DNA from: Squalus acanthias | Taxonomy: Eukaryota | Length of the DNA stretch: 64,000 bases | Direction: 5' to 3' | Assembly: GCA_030390025.1 (NCBI GenBank) | Contig: CM059431.1 | Coordinates: 153,328,001-153,392,000 of the forward strand | Shown: piece after piece, positions 36,370 through 46,813 of the stretch | How positions within the stretch are numbered: position 1 is the stretch's first letter | How the letters are laid out: each line of letters begins with the position of its first letter | The notes under the pieces: generated by a model | Told to the model about the DNA's origin: nothing | The model's database searches: none | The model's input: only the letters and a program-made list of their open reading frames with translations | Position numbers and translations under genes: made by a program

Positions 36370-39300
36370 GAACATAAGAACATAAGAACATAAGAAATAG
36401 GAGCAGCAGTAGGCCAATCGGCCCCTCGAGCCTGCTCCGCCATTCAATAATATCATGGCTGATCTGATCCTAACCTCCAATCTACTATCTATCACAGAAC
36501 CATCTCCTGCATCTAACAGAATTGCACACACGAAATAGGAGCAGAATCAGGCTACACGGTCCCTGGGCCCGCTCCACTACCCACAGGGCCATGACCGATC
36601 CGAACCTAGACTCATGTCCAAATTCCTGCCCGCTCCCCGTAACCCTTAATGCCCTTTACTTCTAGGAAACTGTCTATTTCTGTTTTAAATTTATTTAATG
36701 ATGTAGCTTCTACAGCTTTTTGTGGCAGCATATTCCATGGACCTACCACCCTCTGAGTGAAGTAGTTCCTCCTCATCTCAGTTTTGAAAGAGCAGCCCCT
36801 TATTCTAAGACTATGTCCCCTAGTTCTAGTCTCACCCGTCATCGGGAACATCCTACCCGCATCCACCCGATCCAACCCCTTCACAATCTTATATGTTTCA
36901 ATAAGATCGCCTCTCATTCTTCTGAACTCCAATGAGTAGAGTCCCAATCTACCCAACCTCTCCTCATATGACCACCCCCTCATCCCCGGGATTAACCGAG
37001 TGAACCTTTTTTGCACTGCCTCGAGAGCAAGGATGTCTTTCCTTAAGTAAGGACACCAAAACTGTATGCAGTATTCCAGGTGCGGTCTCACCAATACCTT
37101 GTACAACTGAAGCAATACCTCCCTATTTTTATATTCTATCCCCCTAGCAATGAAAGCCAACATTCCATTTGCCTTCTTAATCACTTGCTGCACCTGCATA
37201 CTAACCTTTTGAGTTTCGTGCACCAGGACCCCCAGATCCCTTTGCACTTCAGTACTCTCCAGTTTCTTGCCATTAAGATAATAAATTGCTCTAGGATTTT
37301 TCCTGCCAAAGTGCATCACCTCACACTTTCCAGTGTTGTATTCCATCTGCCAAATCTCTGCCCACTTACTTAGCCTGTCTATGTCCCCTTGCAGGTTTTT
37401 TATGTCCTCCTCACTCACTACTTTCCCTCCCATCTTTGTATCATCTGCAAATTTTGATATGATACACTTGGTCCCTTCCTCCAAATCGTTAATATAGATT
37501 GTAATGAGTTGGGGACCCAGCACTGACCCCTGTGGAACACCACTCGTTACTGATTGCCAGTCTGAGAATGAACCATTTATCCCAACTCTTTGCTTTCTGT
37601 TAGATAGCCAATCCTCTATCCATGCCAGAATATTACCCCCAATCCCGTGATTTTTTTACCTTAAGCAATAATCTCTTGTGTGGCACCTTATCAAATGCCT
37701 TTTGGAAGTCAAAATACACTACGTCCACTGGTTCCCCTTTATCCACTCTATATGTTACTTCCTCAAAGAACTCCAGCAAATTTGTCAAACTATCAGGGAA
37801 AGGCACAAACGAAAAGTGGAGCTTTTTCATGGAGCAATTACTGCGTGTCCTTGATAGCTATGTCCCTGTCAGGCAGGGAGGAAATGGCCGAGTGAGAGAA
37901 CCATGGTTCACAAAAGAGGTTGAATGTCTAGTCAAGAGGAAAAAGGAAGCGTACGTAAGGATGAGAAAACAAGGTTCAGTTGGGTCGATTGAGGGGTACA
38001 AGGTAGCAAGGAATGAGCTAAAAAAAGAGCTTAGGAGAGCTAGGAGGGGGCATGAGAAGTCCTTGGCGGGTCGGATCAAGAAAAACCCCAAGGCTTTTTA
38101 CTCTTATGTGAGAAGTAAAAGAATGACCAGGGTGAGGGTAGGGCCGGTCAAGGACAGTAGTGGGAACTTGTGCATGGAGTCAGAAGAGATAGGAGAGGTG
38201 ATGAATGAATACTTTTCGTCAGTGTTCACCGAGGAGAGGGGCCATGTTCTGGAGGATGAGAGTGTAATAAAGGTGGATAGGCTGGAGGTGGTAGATGTTC
38301 TGAGGGAAGATGTTTTAGCAATTTTGAAGAACCTGAGTGTCGATAAGTCCCCTGGGCCAGATGGAATATATCCTAGGATTCTTTGGGAGGCAAGGGATGA
38401 GATTGCAGAGCCTCTGGCTTTGATCTTTGGGTCCTCACTGTCCACGGGGATGGTGCCAGAGGACTGGAGAGTGGCGAATGTTGTTCCTCTCTTCAAGAAA
38501 GGAAATAGGAATGACCCTGGTAATTATAGGCCGGTTAGTCTTACTTCGCTGGTTGGTAAGATAATGGAAAATGTCCAGAGGGAGAGGATTTATGACCATT
38601 TGGAAAGGGGCAACTTAATCAGGGATAGTCAACACGGATTCGTGAAGGGTAAGTCTTGCATAACAAATTTGATTGAATTCTTTGAGGAGGTAACTAAGTG
38701 TGTAGATGAAGGTAGAGCAGTTGATATCGTATACATGGATTTTAGTAAGGCGTTTGATAAGGTTCCCCATGGTCGTCTCATGAAGAAAGTAAGGAGTTTT
38801 GGGATAGAGGGAAATTTGGCCGATTGGATAAGTAACTGGCTATCTCATAGAAGGCAGAGGGTGGTGGTGGATGGAACATTTTCGGACTGGACACCAGTTA
38901 CCAGCGGTGTGCCACAGGGGTCGGTGCTGGGTCCTCTGCTGTTTGTGATTTTTATCAATGACTTGGAGGAGGGGACTGAAGGGTGGATCAGTAAATTTGC
39001 TGATGACACCAAGATTGGTGGAGTAGTGGATGAGGTGGAGGGCAGCTGTAGGCTGCAAAGAGACATTGATAGGATGCAGAGCTGGGCCGAAAAATGGCAG
39101 ATGGAATTTAACCCTGATAAGTGCGAGGTGATTCATTTTGGTAGGGCAAATTTGAATAAGGATTACAGGGTCAACGGCAGGGTTCTGAGGAACGTGGAGG
39201 AGCAGAGGGATCTGGGGGTTCATATCCACAGATCTCTGAAGGTTGCCACTCAAGTGGATAGAGCAGTAAAGAAGGCCTATGGTGTGCTGGCCTTTATTAA

Positions 39301-40046
39301 CAGAGGGTTTGAGTTTAAGAACCGTGAGGTTATGCTGCAACTGTACAGGACCTTGGTGAGACCACATTTGGAATATTGTGTGCAGTTCTGGTCACCTCAC
39401 TATAGCAAGGACGTGGAAGCATTGGAAAGAGTGCAAAGGAAATTTACCAGGATGCTGCCTGGTTTGCGGGGAGGTCTTATGAGGAAAGATTGAGAGAGTT
39501 GGGGCTTTTCTCTTTAGAGCGGAGGAGGATGAGAGGCGACTTAATAGAGGTTTATAAGATGATGAGGGGGATAGATAGAGTGGATGTTCAGAGACTATTT
39601 CCTCGGGTAGAGGCAGCTGTTACAAGGGGGCATAACTATAAGGTGCATGGGGGGAGATATAGAAGGGATGTCCGAGGTAGATTCTTTACTCAGAGAGTGG
39701 TTGGGGTGTGGAATGGACTGCCTGCTGTGATAGTGGAGTCGGACACTTTAGGAACTTTCAAGCGGTTATTGGATAAGCACATGGAGCACATCAGAGTGAT
39801 AGGGAGTGTGATAGCTTGATCTTGGTCTCGAACAATGCTCGGCACAACATCGAGGGCCGAAGGGCCTGTACTGTGCTGTACTGTTCTATGTTCTATGTTC
39901 TATGTTGTATGACTTCCCCTTCGTAAAACCATGCTGACTTTGTCCTATTAAATTATGATTATCCAAATGTCCTGTTACTGTTTCCTTAATAATGGACTCC
40001 AAAATTTTACCTACCACAGATGTTAGGCTAACCGGTCTATAGTTAC
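36370..40046 (-). mobile_element. 5'-truncated CR1 LINE inside the Harbinger, split by a second CR1
   Basis: (GAACATAA)n tail at 36370, RT C-terminal ORF 36612-37523, continuing to 37790 and resuming at 39909-40046 (GNYRPVSLTS..QHGFTKGKS). Same family as 25484-31879. Confidence 0.92.
37791..39908 (+). mobile_element. 5'-truncated CR1 LINE of a different subfamily, with an almost open RT
   Basis: The RT frame is open from the junction to ~39470 (NYRPVSLTS, MDFSKAFD, GVPQGSVLGP, FADD), then one frameshift and a stop at 39817-39819. Distinct short 3' UTR and (TTCTATG)n tail. Confidence 0.93.
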
Positions 40047-41292
40047 CAGCTGAGGAGACGGGCCCTGAAGCTGCCAGTGGGATTGAAGCTGCAGCCGAGG
40101 AGGAAGAGGAAGCCGGAGCATCAGTGCCACTCTCTCCCGAGGAAGCCCATGCCGACACTGGGAACACGCCTTCCCTGGAGGGGAGCAGGGGGGAAGGGTC
40201 TGATGAGGGTGAAGCTCCAGGACCCAGCGCGCTGCAGCAACGCGATGGGGGTAGGGAAGCTCGGGGGCCTTCTCCCCGGAGGGAGAGTATGCCAGCGAGT
40301 CCTGCTGCACTGGACGCAGAGGAGGAGCGGCTGATCGCGGAAATGAACAGCAGGCGGTGGGCATGCACACTGAGCTCATGGCTGCAGTGGGTAGGGTGCC
40401 CGAATGCATTGAAGCACTGGCAAGGCGTGTGGAGCACTTCGCTGCAGCGCAGGCGGATGCGACACTGAACCTCAGTGCTGCAATTCAATCTCAGACTGCT
40501 CTCATGCAGACTCAGATTGAGGTCACGCGAGCACTGTCTGCTGCCATCCTCGCTGGTTCGTTCACATTTCCCCGGGGCTCCCACCGCTCCGCAGCAGGCC
40601 AGCAATCTGTGCTCCAGCAGATTGCTCCGGATGCTGAGGTGCTGCCCCGTGGGAGTGCCAGTGTGCCGGTCGAGCAGGGAGTTGCTGTCCTCGCTCAAGA
40701 TGACAGCATTCCTGCTGCCACCACTGTCACTTCTCCACTGCAGATGCCGACCGCCTGTAGGACAGACTGCTGCCGCCCATGCAGAGTTGGTGCAGTCTGC
40801 AGCCGGGACCTCCACGCCCAGAACTGGTCGAGGCCGTCCCTCAAGGGCATCTGCATTGTCAGGGCCTGACAGTCAGCAGCCTTCCACCAGCCTTGCTGCA
40901 GCCACTGAGGTCCCATTGAGGAGGAGCAGTAGGGTAAGTAGGGGGGAAGGGCGCACGGTAAGGAGTTCACCCTCGATGTAGGAGGTGTGACAAAATGCTG
41001 GTCATTTTTTTATTAAAGGCCGAGGTTCGTGGTCAAACTTTTGTTGAGTGTTTTGCACATGATCTCCAGGTTGTGAGAACCAGTTATGGTAATGACTGTT
41101 TTTTTGTGTTTATTTGTATGAGTTTGTCATGAAGAAATGACACACACAGAGTTTGTAAAATAAATAAGTTTTGGTACTCAAAATATACATGTTTGGTGTT
41201 TGGAATCATTGGTGCCTTGGAAGGCTTAGGGGTTGCGTGTTGGGTTCATTCATGCTGTTCTCAATGGCAGAAGCCATTTCCACAGCAGGGGC

Positions 41293-41391
41293 CTAGAAGC
41301 GGCTTGCTATCAGCCGCTGACGGACGGCCCTTGCAGTTTCACCATTGTGGGCCGCCCTCACGCCTTGGTGCTGCTGCTGATTATCCTCATC

Positions 41392-41422
<31 letters not shown>

Positions 41423-42453
41423 GGTGGTGCTCCAAGGCCTGGTGGCATTGGCTGGGTCCTGAGGATTGCCATGTTATGCAGCATGCAGCACACAACTACG
41501 ATGTTGGAAACTCGCTCAGGCGAGTACTGCAGGGCTCCTCCAGAATGGTCGAGACAGCGGAACCGTTGCTTGATCACGCCGATTGTGTGCTCCACGATGT
41601 TCCTGGTAGCTTGATGGCTCTCGTTGTACCGCAGCTCAGCAGGGGTGTTGGGCGTACGGAGCGGTGTCATCAGCCAGGTGCTCAGTGGATACCCCTTGTC
41701 CCCGATAAGCCAACCAACTGGCTGATGCGGTGCCTCGAAAAGTTCTGCCACAGTAGTCTGGCGCAGGATGAAAGCATCGTGGCAGCTGCCAGGATAGTGG
41801 GCATTGACAGCGAGTATCAGCTGTCTGTGGTCACAGACCAACTGAACATTCAAGGAATGGAACCCCTTTCTGTTCCGGAAATCCTCGGCATTCTCATGCG
41901 GAGCACGCAAAGCCACATGCGTGCAGTCAATGGCGCCCTGCACCATGGGGAAGCCCGCTATCCTCGCAAAGCCCAGAGCGCGTTCTTGCTGCTTGTCTGG
42001 GGTCATGGGGAAAGAGATGAACTCTCGTCTCCTTTTAAAGAGGGCATTTGTGACCTTCCTGATGCAGCAATGCACCGCGAACTGGGAGATATTGGCGATG
42101 TCCCCAACAGCAGATTGAAATGAGACAGTAGCATAAAAGTTCAGAGCCACTGTGACCTTCACTGCCACCGACAGAGACGTCCTGGACCTCAGTTGAGGCT
42201 GCAGATCTGGCTGCAGCAGGTGGCAGAGCTCAGTGACCACCTCCTTGCTGAAGCGCAGCCTTCGCAGACACTGCTCATGAGACATATGAATGTAGGAGAG
42301 CTGTTCACGATATACCCTGGGAGGGTAAGCTCTCCTGTACAGACGCCTGTTGGCCCTCCTCCGTCTGGCCATCATTGCCACTCTCTCTCTGCGTCTCTGT
42401 CTCCTCCGATTCAGCTGGCGCAGGACGACGCCCCCCATCAGTGCAGCCCCCAT
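41293..42453 (-). CDS. PIF/Harbinger (HARBI1-like, DDE_Tnp_4) transposase, open reading frame
   Basis: Uninterrupted ORF with GAIDCTH, FRNRKGFHSLNVQ, PGSCHDAFIL, GDKGY, YNESHQATRNIVEHTIG, RFRCL and CCMLHN. First ATG at 42453. Confidence 0.93.
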
Positions 42454-42646
42454 ATCTCTTAGCAAGCAAAGTTATGAAGGCCAGAAACCAAAGTACCAGC
42501 GAAGTTAGGATGAGTAGCCAAAACTACCTCACACAGCGTTGTCTCAATGCAGAAGTCTCTCTTTCTCTCTCTCCGAATCTCTCTCTCTCTCTCAGAACGA
42601 GTGGTGCAAAAATGTCAACCACAGAGAAAGACAGGAAGAGGCCCCC

Positions 42647-42791
42647 TTTAAATAGCGCCCCCCCCCAGCCCCACAGCGATTGTTAGCGTTCCACTCTTCC
42701 GGTCGTTGGATGCGCCAGGCGGTAAGGATGGGGGCGCCACTGAAATTCTGCTCGGGGCGCCACAAGGGCGTTGCACTCTAGTATGACGTCA
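42647..42791 (-). promoter_or_regulatory. Putative transposase promoter (CRE + TATA-like)
   Basis: TGACGTCA at 42784-42791 and TATTTAAA (minus) at 42647-42654, upstream of the ATG. Both are retained in the non-autonomous copy (~10288 and ~10424). Confidence 0.45.
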
Positions 42792-42963
42792 CAATCTGCG
42801 CGCGCAGTAGATCGCGGCGATAAAGTTTAGCGCCGCCGCAAAATGTCTAGTTAAGTTCGCGAGCGGCGCAAACATCGCTGCGCCCGGGCGCTAGCTGCTT
42901 TGCGCCCCATTAGCGCACTCTTAAGGCGCTAACGGGAGGCGCAACCAACTGAATTTTTCCCCC

Positions 42964-43560
42964 CTTGTTCTGTTAGTTCTTTGAGCGTTGTTAGAAGATC
43001 TATTTTTCCTTTGTGGTCCTGAATAGGCACTGTTTTTTAGGTTTGTTCCAGCCAGCATCAAGTGGGTGGGGTTTGATGTTTATCTTTCCACATTGATTTG
43101 GATGGCGTTGTAGATAAGGGTAGAATATATTAATGAGTTGCTCGAGGAGGTCTTTGCATCCACCCTCTAGGCAAGTTCGATCAAGCTGTGTCCGAACATG
43201 TTTTTCCCTGTCATCCTGGTCTGCGGATGCTTCTACAGATCTGGTTGAAATTTTAAGGTAATGTTTCATGTCTGGTTGTCCTATAATGAGGGAACAGGCC
43301 AATTGTGGTACCAGTCCGACATCTAGGGTCACCGTGATTCCATATATGGTAATAGGTATTTTGTAATAATTAATTATTTAGGTTTTGTCTTGTGTGAATC
43401 CCCCTAATGGAATTTTACAAATTGGGCTTCCCAAATCTGTCCTGTTAGTTTTTATAATTGTAGGATCTATTACAGTGTAATCAGCTCCCGTATCAAACAG
43501 GGCCTTCACTTGTGTGTTTGTGGTTAAGTTTGCCAGGGCATAGGGGAATTCAAGAGGCCT
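42964..43560 (-). pseudogene. pol: Foamy-like pol, 5' part: aspartic protease and RT N-terminus
   Basis: VKALFDTGADYTVI protease active site, then HPNQCGKINIKPH..PKKQ, continuing across the Harbinger insertion into RT. Confidence 0.88.
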
Positions 43561-45127
43561 TGAATCCTGGGACTGTCCATACTCAGGATCCTGAGTTTCA
43601 TTTGGTGCTTTGTCTTTAATTATTCTAACTGATTTTTGTTCCTCCCTCTTGGGGGTATCATGTTTTCCAGATCCCTTCGGGAGCTTGTCGGACCGTTTAT
43701 TATCTTGACGATCCTCCTGTTGGGGTGGACGTTGCTTCTGTTGGGAATTGTTTTGATAAACATTTCGGATTTCCTGGTAGCCCATCATGGCTCTCTGATA
43801 GTTTTGGCCAGTGTAAAAGCTATCCCCATAGGGAGTCCACTGTACTTCACTTTCGTTTTGAGGTCTAGCCCCTCTTCTATACTATCTTTCCGGGGAGAAA
43901 TCTTCCTCGTATTGTGGGCGAGTTGGGGGTGTAAACCTTCTGGAATACCCTCTTGGGGGTTCCCGAGCCACGAGCTTGTGTCTGGGCGGGGTGGACTTGA
44001 GACTTGGGTCTAAACAGTCCTTGTTTCTGAGTACCAAAGGTACCTTCTCCGGTTTTTATATCCCAAGTTTCTGATCTCATTATAGGTTTAGTTTGGGGTA
44101 GACCTAAGAGGTAATGATTTAATTGGATAATGCGATTGAAATTTTCCCATCTTTGTTGGTTATTTCGATAATCGTTTAAAACCCCCTCACAGGCAAGTTT
44201 GAGGGCTGTATTTTGGTATTGATTGGCCAGGCAACCATGGACAATGCCTCAGTTATCCTGTGTAAGTACATTGCCTAATCTGTAGGCAGCTACCAGCCCT
44301 TTAGTTGTGGCGGTATTAGTGAGTATTTCCATGATGGAACCCATTACAAGCCCTCCCTGTGTTGCCGTGAGAACATAGGCGTATATTTAAACCCATTTGT
44401 TAATGGGGGAATTATGTCTGAACTTAGTATCATTTGCAGTAGTTGCCTCAGGTGTGGGGCATTTTAATCTTGGCAAGAGGTTTCCAATTTATCAAGGTTT
44501 GTTAGAATCCAGCAGGTTCTTTCCCGGCTGGTGTTTCCCGGCTTACCACATATTGTGCAGATAGAGCGTAGGTTTACTTGTCCTTGGGGAGCAATGTGTG
44601 GTTGCTGGGTTTGGCTTACTGGACCAGTAAGCATTGCGCCACCAGCATTTAGATATGATTGAGCTCGTGCCTGTCGACATTGATTATAATGGATTCTAAG
44701 CAGTCTATATTTTTCTCGAAGATTCTGCTCATTTATTTCATCGTGAGCTTCCACTTCAACCGGAATCCATGTCCCGCGGGAGCCTAGGCAGCTCCTGGTC
44801 CTACTATTCTGCCATGGTTGCCACCACCTTGTTGGGCACCGTTCATTAGGCCTCCCAATTGTGCAGGTGTGCACGTTATCATTAAGGAATTCAGTGGATT
44901 TGGAATATCTGTTTCAGTATCCTACTGGATATTCTGTATCAACTGATTCTTGGGATCACATCAATCGTGCCATGAGTTCTAACTGCTCCATCGGCATCAC
45001 AGCCTCCTATTTCAAAAACTATCACTTGGTTTTGTGAAGGTAAAGAGATATAATTATTTCCCCTAATAAAGCAATCGTTTGAATTTCCTAATAAAAAGAC
45101 TTGGCCAATTACGACAGGGTTTGCCAT
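43560..45127 (-). pseudogene. gag: Foamy-like gag
   Basis: ATG at 45127 downstream of the PBS. Hand translation gives LRSICTICGKPGNTSRERTCWILTN and KGLVAAYRLGNVLTQDN*GIVHG...ENFNRIIQLNHYLLGL, resembling spumavirus Gag central domain motifs (IRSVTGEPPRNPREIPIWL; GVATAYTLGMML..YEILGL, recalled from memory). No CCHC knuckle seen. Confidence 0.82.
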
Positions 45128-45373
45128 TTCTTAAGGACCTAATCTCGGTTAGGTTTTAATATGAACTTTATAAGAAATTTCTAGACCTCAATGGTATATT
45201 GAGGGCGTTCTGATTTAAGTTGTACAAGGCCTGATCAGGGACTTGCTGTCTCTAGAGACTTAAGTCTGGGTCTTATTACCACTGTCAGTAAAACATTCAT
45301 CTATACATAACAATCTACAAGATGGATATAGATATAAATATAAGTTTAGGTTCTGTATCAACTCGTTAACACA

Positions 45374-45387
45374 CACGTTGGGCGCCA
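45374..45387 (-). promoter_or_regulatory. Primer binding site, tRNA-Lys1,2 type
   Basis: Minus strand reads ...TTTCA GT TGGCGCCCAACGTG, matching the first 14 nt of the Lys1,2 PBS used by foamy viruses, 2 nt after the LTR end. Confidence 0.9.
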
Positions 45388-45389
45388 AC

Positions 45390-46813
45390 TGAAAGGATTA
45401 TTATTAGTTCTAGCCGTTTTTGGGCTACCCTGGATCAGCCGTATTCCCCAGGCGTTCACCTTCAACTAAAGTTAGAGACGCTTAATTGGGTCTAGAGGTC
45501 CAGACTATCTCTCCCTATAGGAAAGGATCGAGCTGAAGATGTTACCGTCCTCCAGATAGCACTTTTAATAAGTTTAGCTAGACTGTGACCTTCCTGATAT
45601 TATGAAGATTTGGAAAACTCTCCCAGAATTCTGAAACTCCTCACCAAAGAGTGTACAGAGATTGAGTTCGCGAATTTGATACAGAAGTACTGTGTCAGAC
45701 AATTCTAAAAAAATATACAGATTTATTAAAGAATCAACATGTAGTTACAGTTGGTGATTCAGTAGCAATATTAACAGTTCAAAATACAAAAAGCTTACAA
45801 TTCTTATCATCAGTGCTCCTTATTCTCAAATCTTAACTTCTCTACATTTTTACATTTCTTACTTAGTCTTATTCCAGGACATCGACCAATATCAAATACC
45901 TTGATACCCGAGTCTTAAAGAGTTGAAAACTTAAAGAGCTTGCCTCTTAAGTCTGAGAACAGGTTTGCCCCTTCCAGCGAATTATGTCTTCCCATTTGTA
46001 AGTTCTATATTTATACTCTTTCTCAGTGGTATATCCTTTGACGCTTTCTGCTGATGTAAGTTAATTATCGCTAGTCATATTTCTGTTGACCCCTTCTATT
46101 CTTACAGTTAGTTCAGCTTGTAGCTAGCAGAATTATGTCCCCTCCTTTAGGTGTTCCAAGTTCATCATAAAAAACGGTTGTAACAGACGTGTCTATTTGA
46201 TGCCATTCTTACGAAATACTTCTATTAATTTCCTAAGTCACCTCAGATGGTTGTATTATAGACTTCGGGTGTCCTAGGTGTTCCAAGTTCCACACAAAAA
46301 CAATGTGATCGCTGTTGCATCTAGTGATGTCATATTTATGAAAGTATTCTTTTTGTATCTTTTTCCAATATGTAAATTAAAAACACCTCAACCGGGTATC
46401 TCATTGCCGTCTTTGTTACCTCAGTTGGTTGTACCACAAACTCCTGCCTCCGTGTTCAAAGCTTAACATAAAAATGATTTGATGGCAGGTGTTCCTTTTA
46501 CTTGATGTCATTTTTACAAAGGCACATGTTTATTTAATGTTCTCTGTTTTCTTTCAAATTATTGGTTCAAGACACCTTCAACTGGGTATGTTATTGTGTT
46601 CATTTCCAAGGCTTCAGACATACGGGAACCTTTAAACTTCTGCTTCAATGAGGCTATTGTTTGAGTGTCAACAACTTTTTTTAATCTCAAAAGCCTGTAT
46701 TCTGTTTACAGCTTCTGAGGTTTTCAGATTTGCAAGCCCAGTTTGTCATGTTTAATTAAGTCAGAGTATTTCATAGAAAGGTGTATTTTTCTGAATATGG
46801 CTATTCCTTCACA
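45390..46813 (-). repeat. 5' LTR of the foamy-like provirus (1424 bp)
   Basis: Minus strand starts TGTGAAGGAATAGCC and ends TTCA next to the PBS. TATAAA at 46010-46015 and AATAAA at 45722-45727 (both minus) imply a long R region. Confidence 0.92.

Larger units (their letters stand above)
35519..40981 (+). pseudogene. Harbinger Myb/SANT-like DNA-binding protein, 3 exons, exon 3 broken by CR1 insertion and frameshift
   Basis: Exon 1 35519-35755 (RFTERALDALV..W.EVA..V..RTHVQCRKKFNDL), donor GTGAGT. Exon 2 36040-36208 (AKVAHNRRQQQRTGGG..PLSDLEE), flanked by TTGCAG and GTAAGG. Exon 3 starts at 36368 after TTTCAG and resumes at ~40047 in compatible phase (DEPAEETGPE). The 3' end is uncertain (40869 or 40981). 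Confidence 0.85.
35161..42963. mobile_element. Two-gene PIF/Harbinger DNA transposon inserted in viral RT
   Basis: 15-bp TIRs GGGGGAAAAATTCAG/CTGAATTTTTCCCCC and a 3-bp TSD CTT (35158-35160/42964-42966). Removing it restores RT ELTEQ|GVLIK. Carries convergent Myb-like and transposase genes. Confidence 0.95.
23803..46813 (-). mobile_element. Endogenous foamy-virus-like provirus (defective, env largely deleted, multiply nested)
   Basis: Minus-strand order is LTR (46813-45390), tRNA-Lys PBS, gag, PR-RT-RNaseH-IN, env stub, LTR (25213-23803). Protein motifs follow spumavirus Gag/Pol. Confidence 0.92.

Noticed and set aside
37622..39493. 623-aa ORF as a complete novel RT protein
   Set aside because: Chimeric by chance: the first ~56 codons are antisense of the outer CR1, fused at 37790/37791 to the 5'-truncated inner CR1.
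39886..40815. 309-aa minus-strand ORF
   Set aside because: Antisense of GC-rich Myb exon 3 running into a CR1 RT fragment and a LINE tail; it crosses insertion junctions.
41233..42123. 296-aa plus-strand ORF with a hydrophobic Leu run (apparent membrane protein)
   Set aside because: Antisense shadow of the transposase; the Leu/Ile run mirrors its poly-Glu tract.
41293..42465. Domesticated host HARBI1 gene
   Set aside because: It lies between TIRs with a TSD, is paired with a Myb gene and is inserted in a provirus, so it is a transposon copy.
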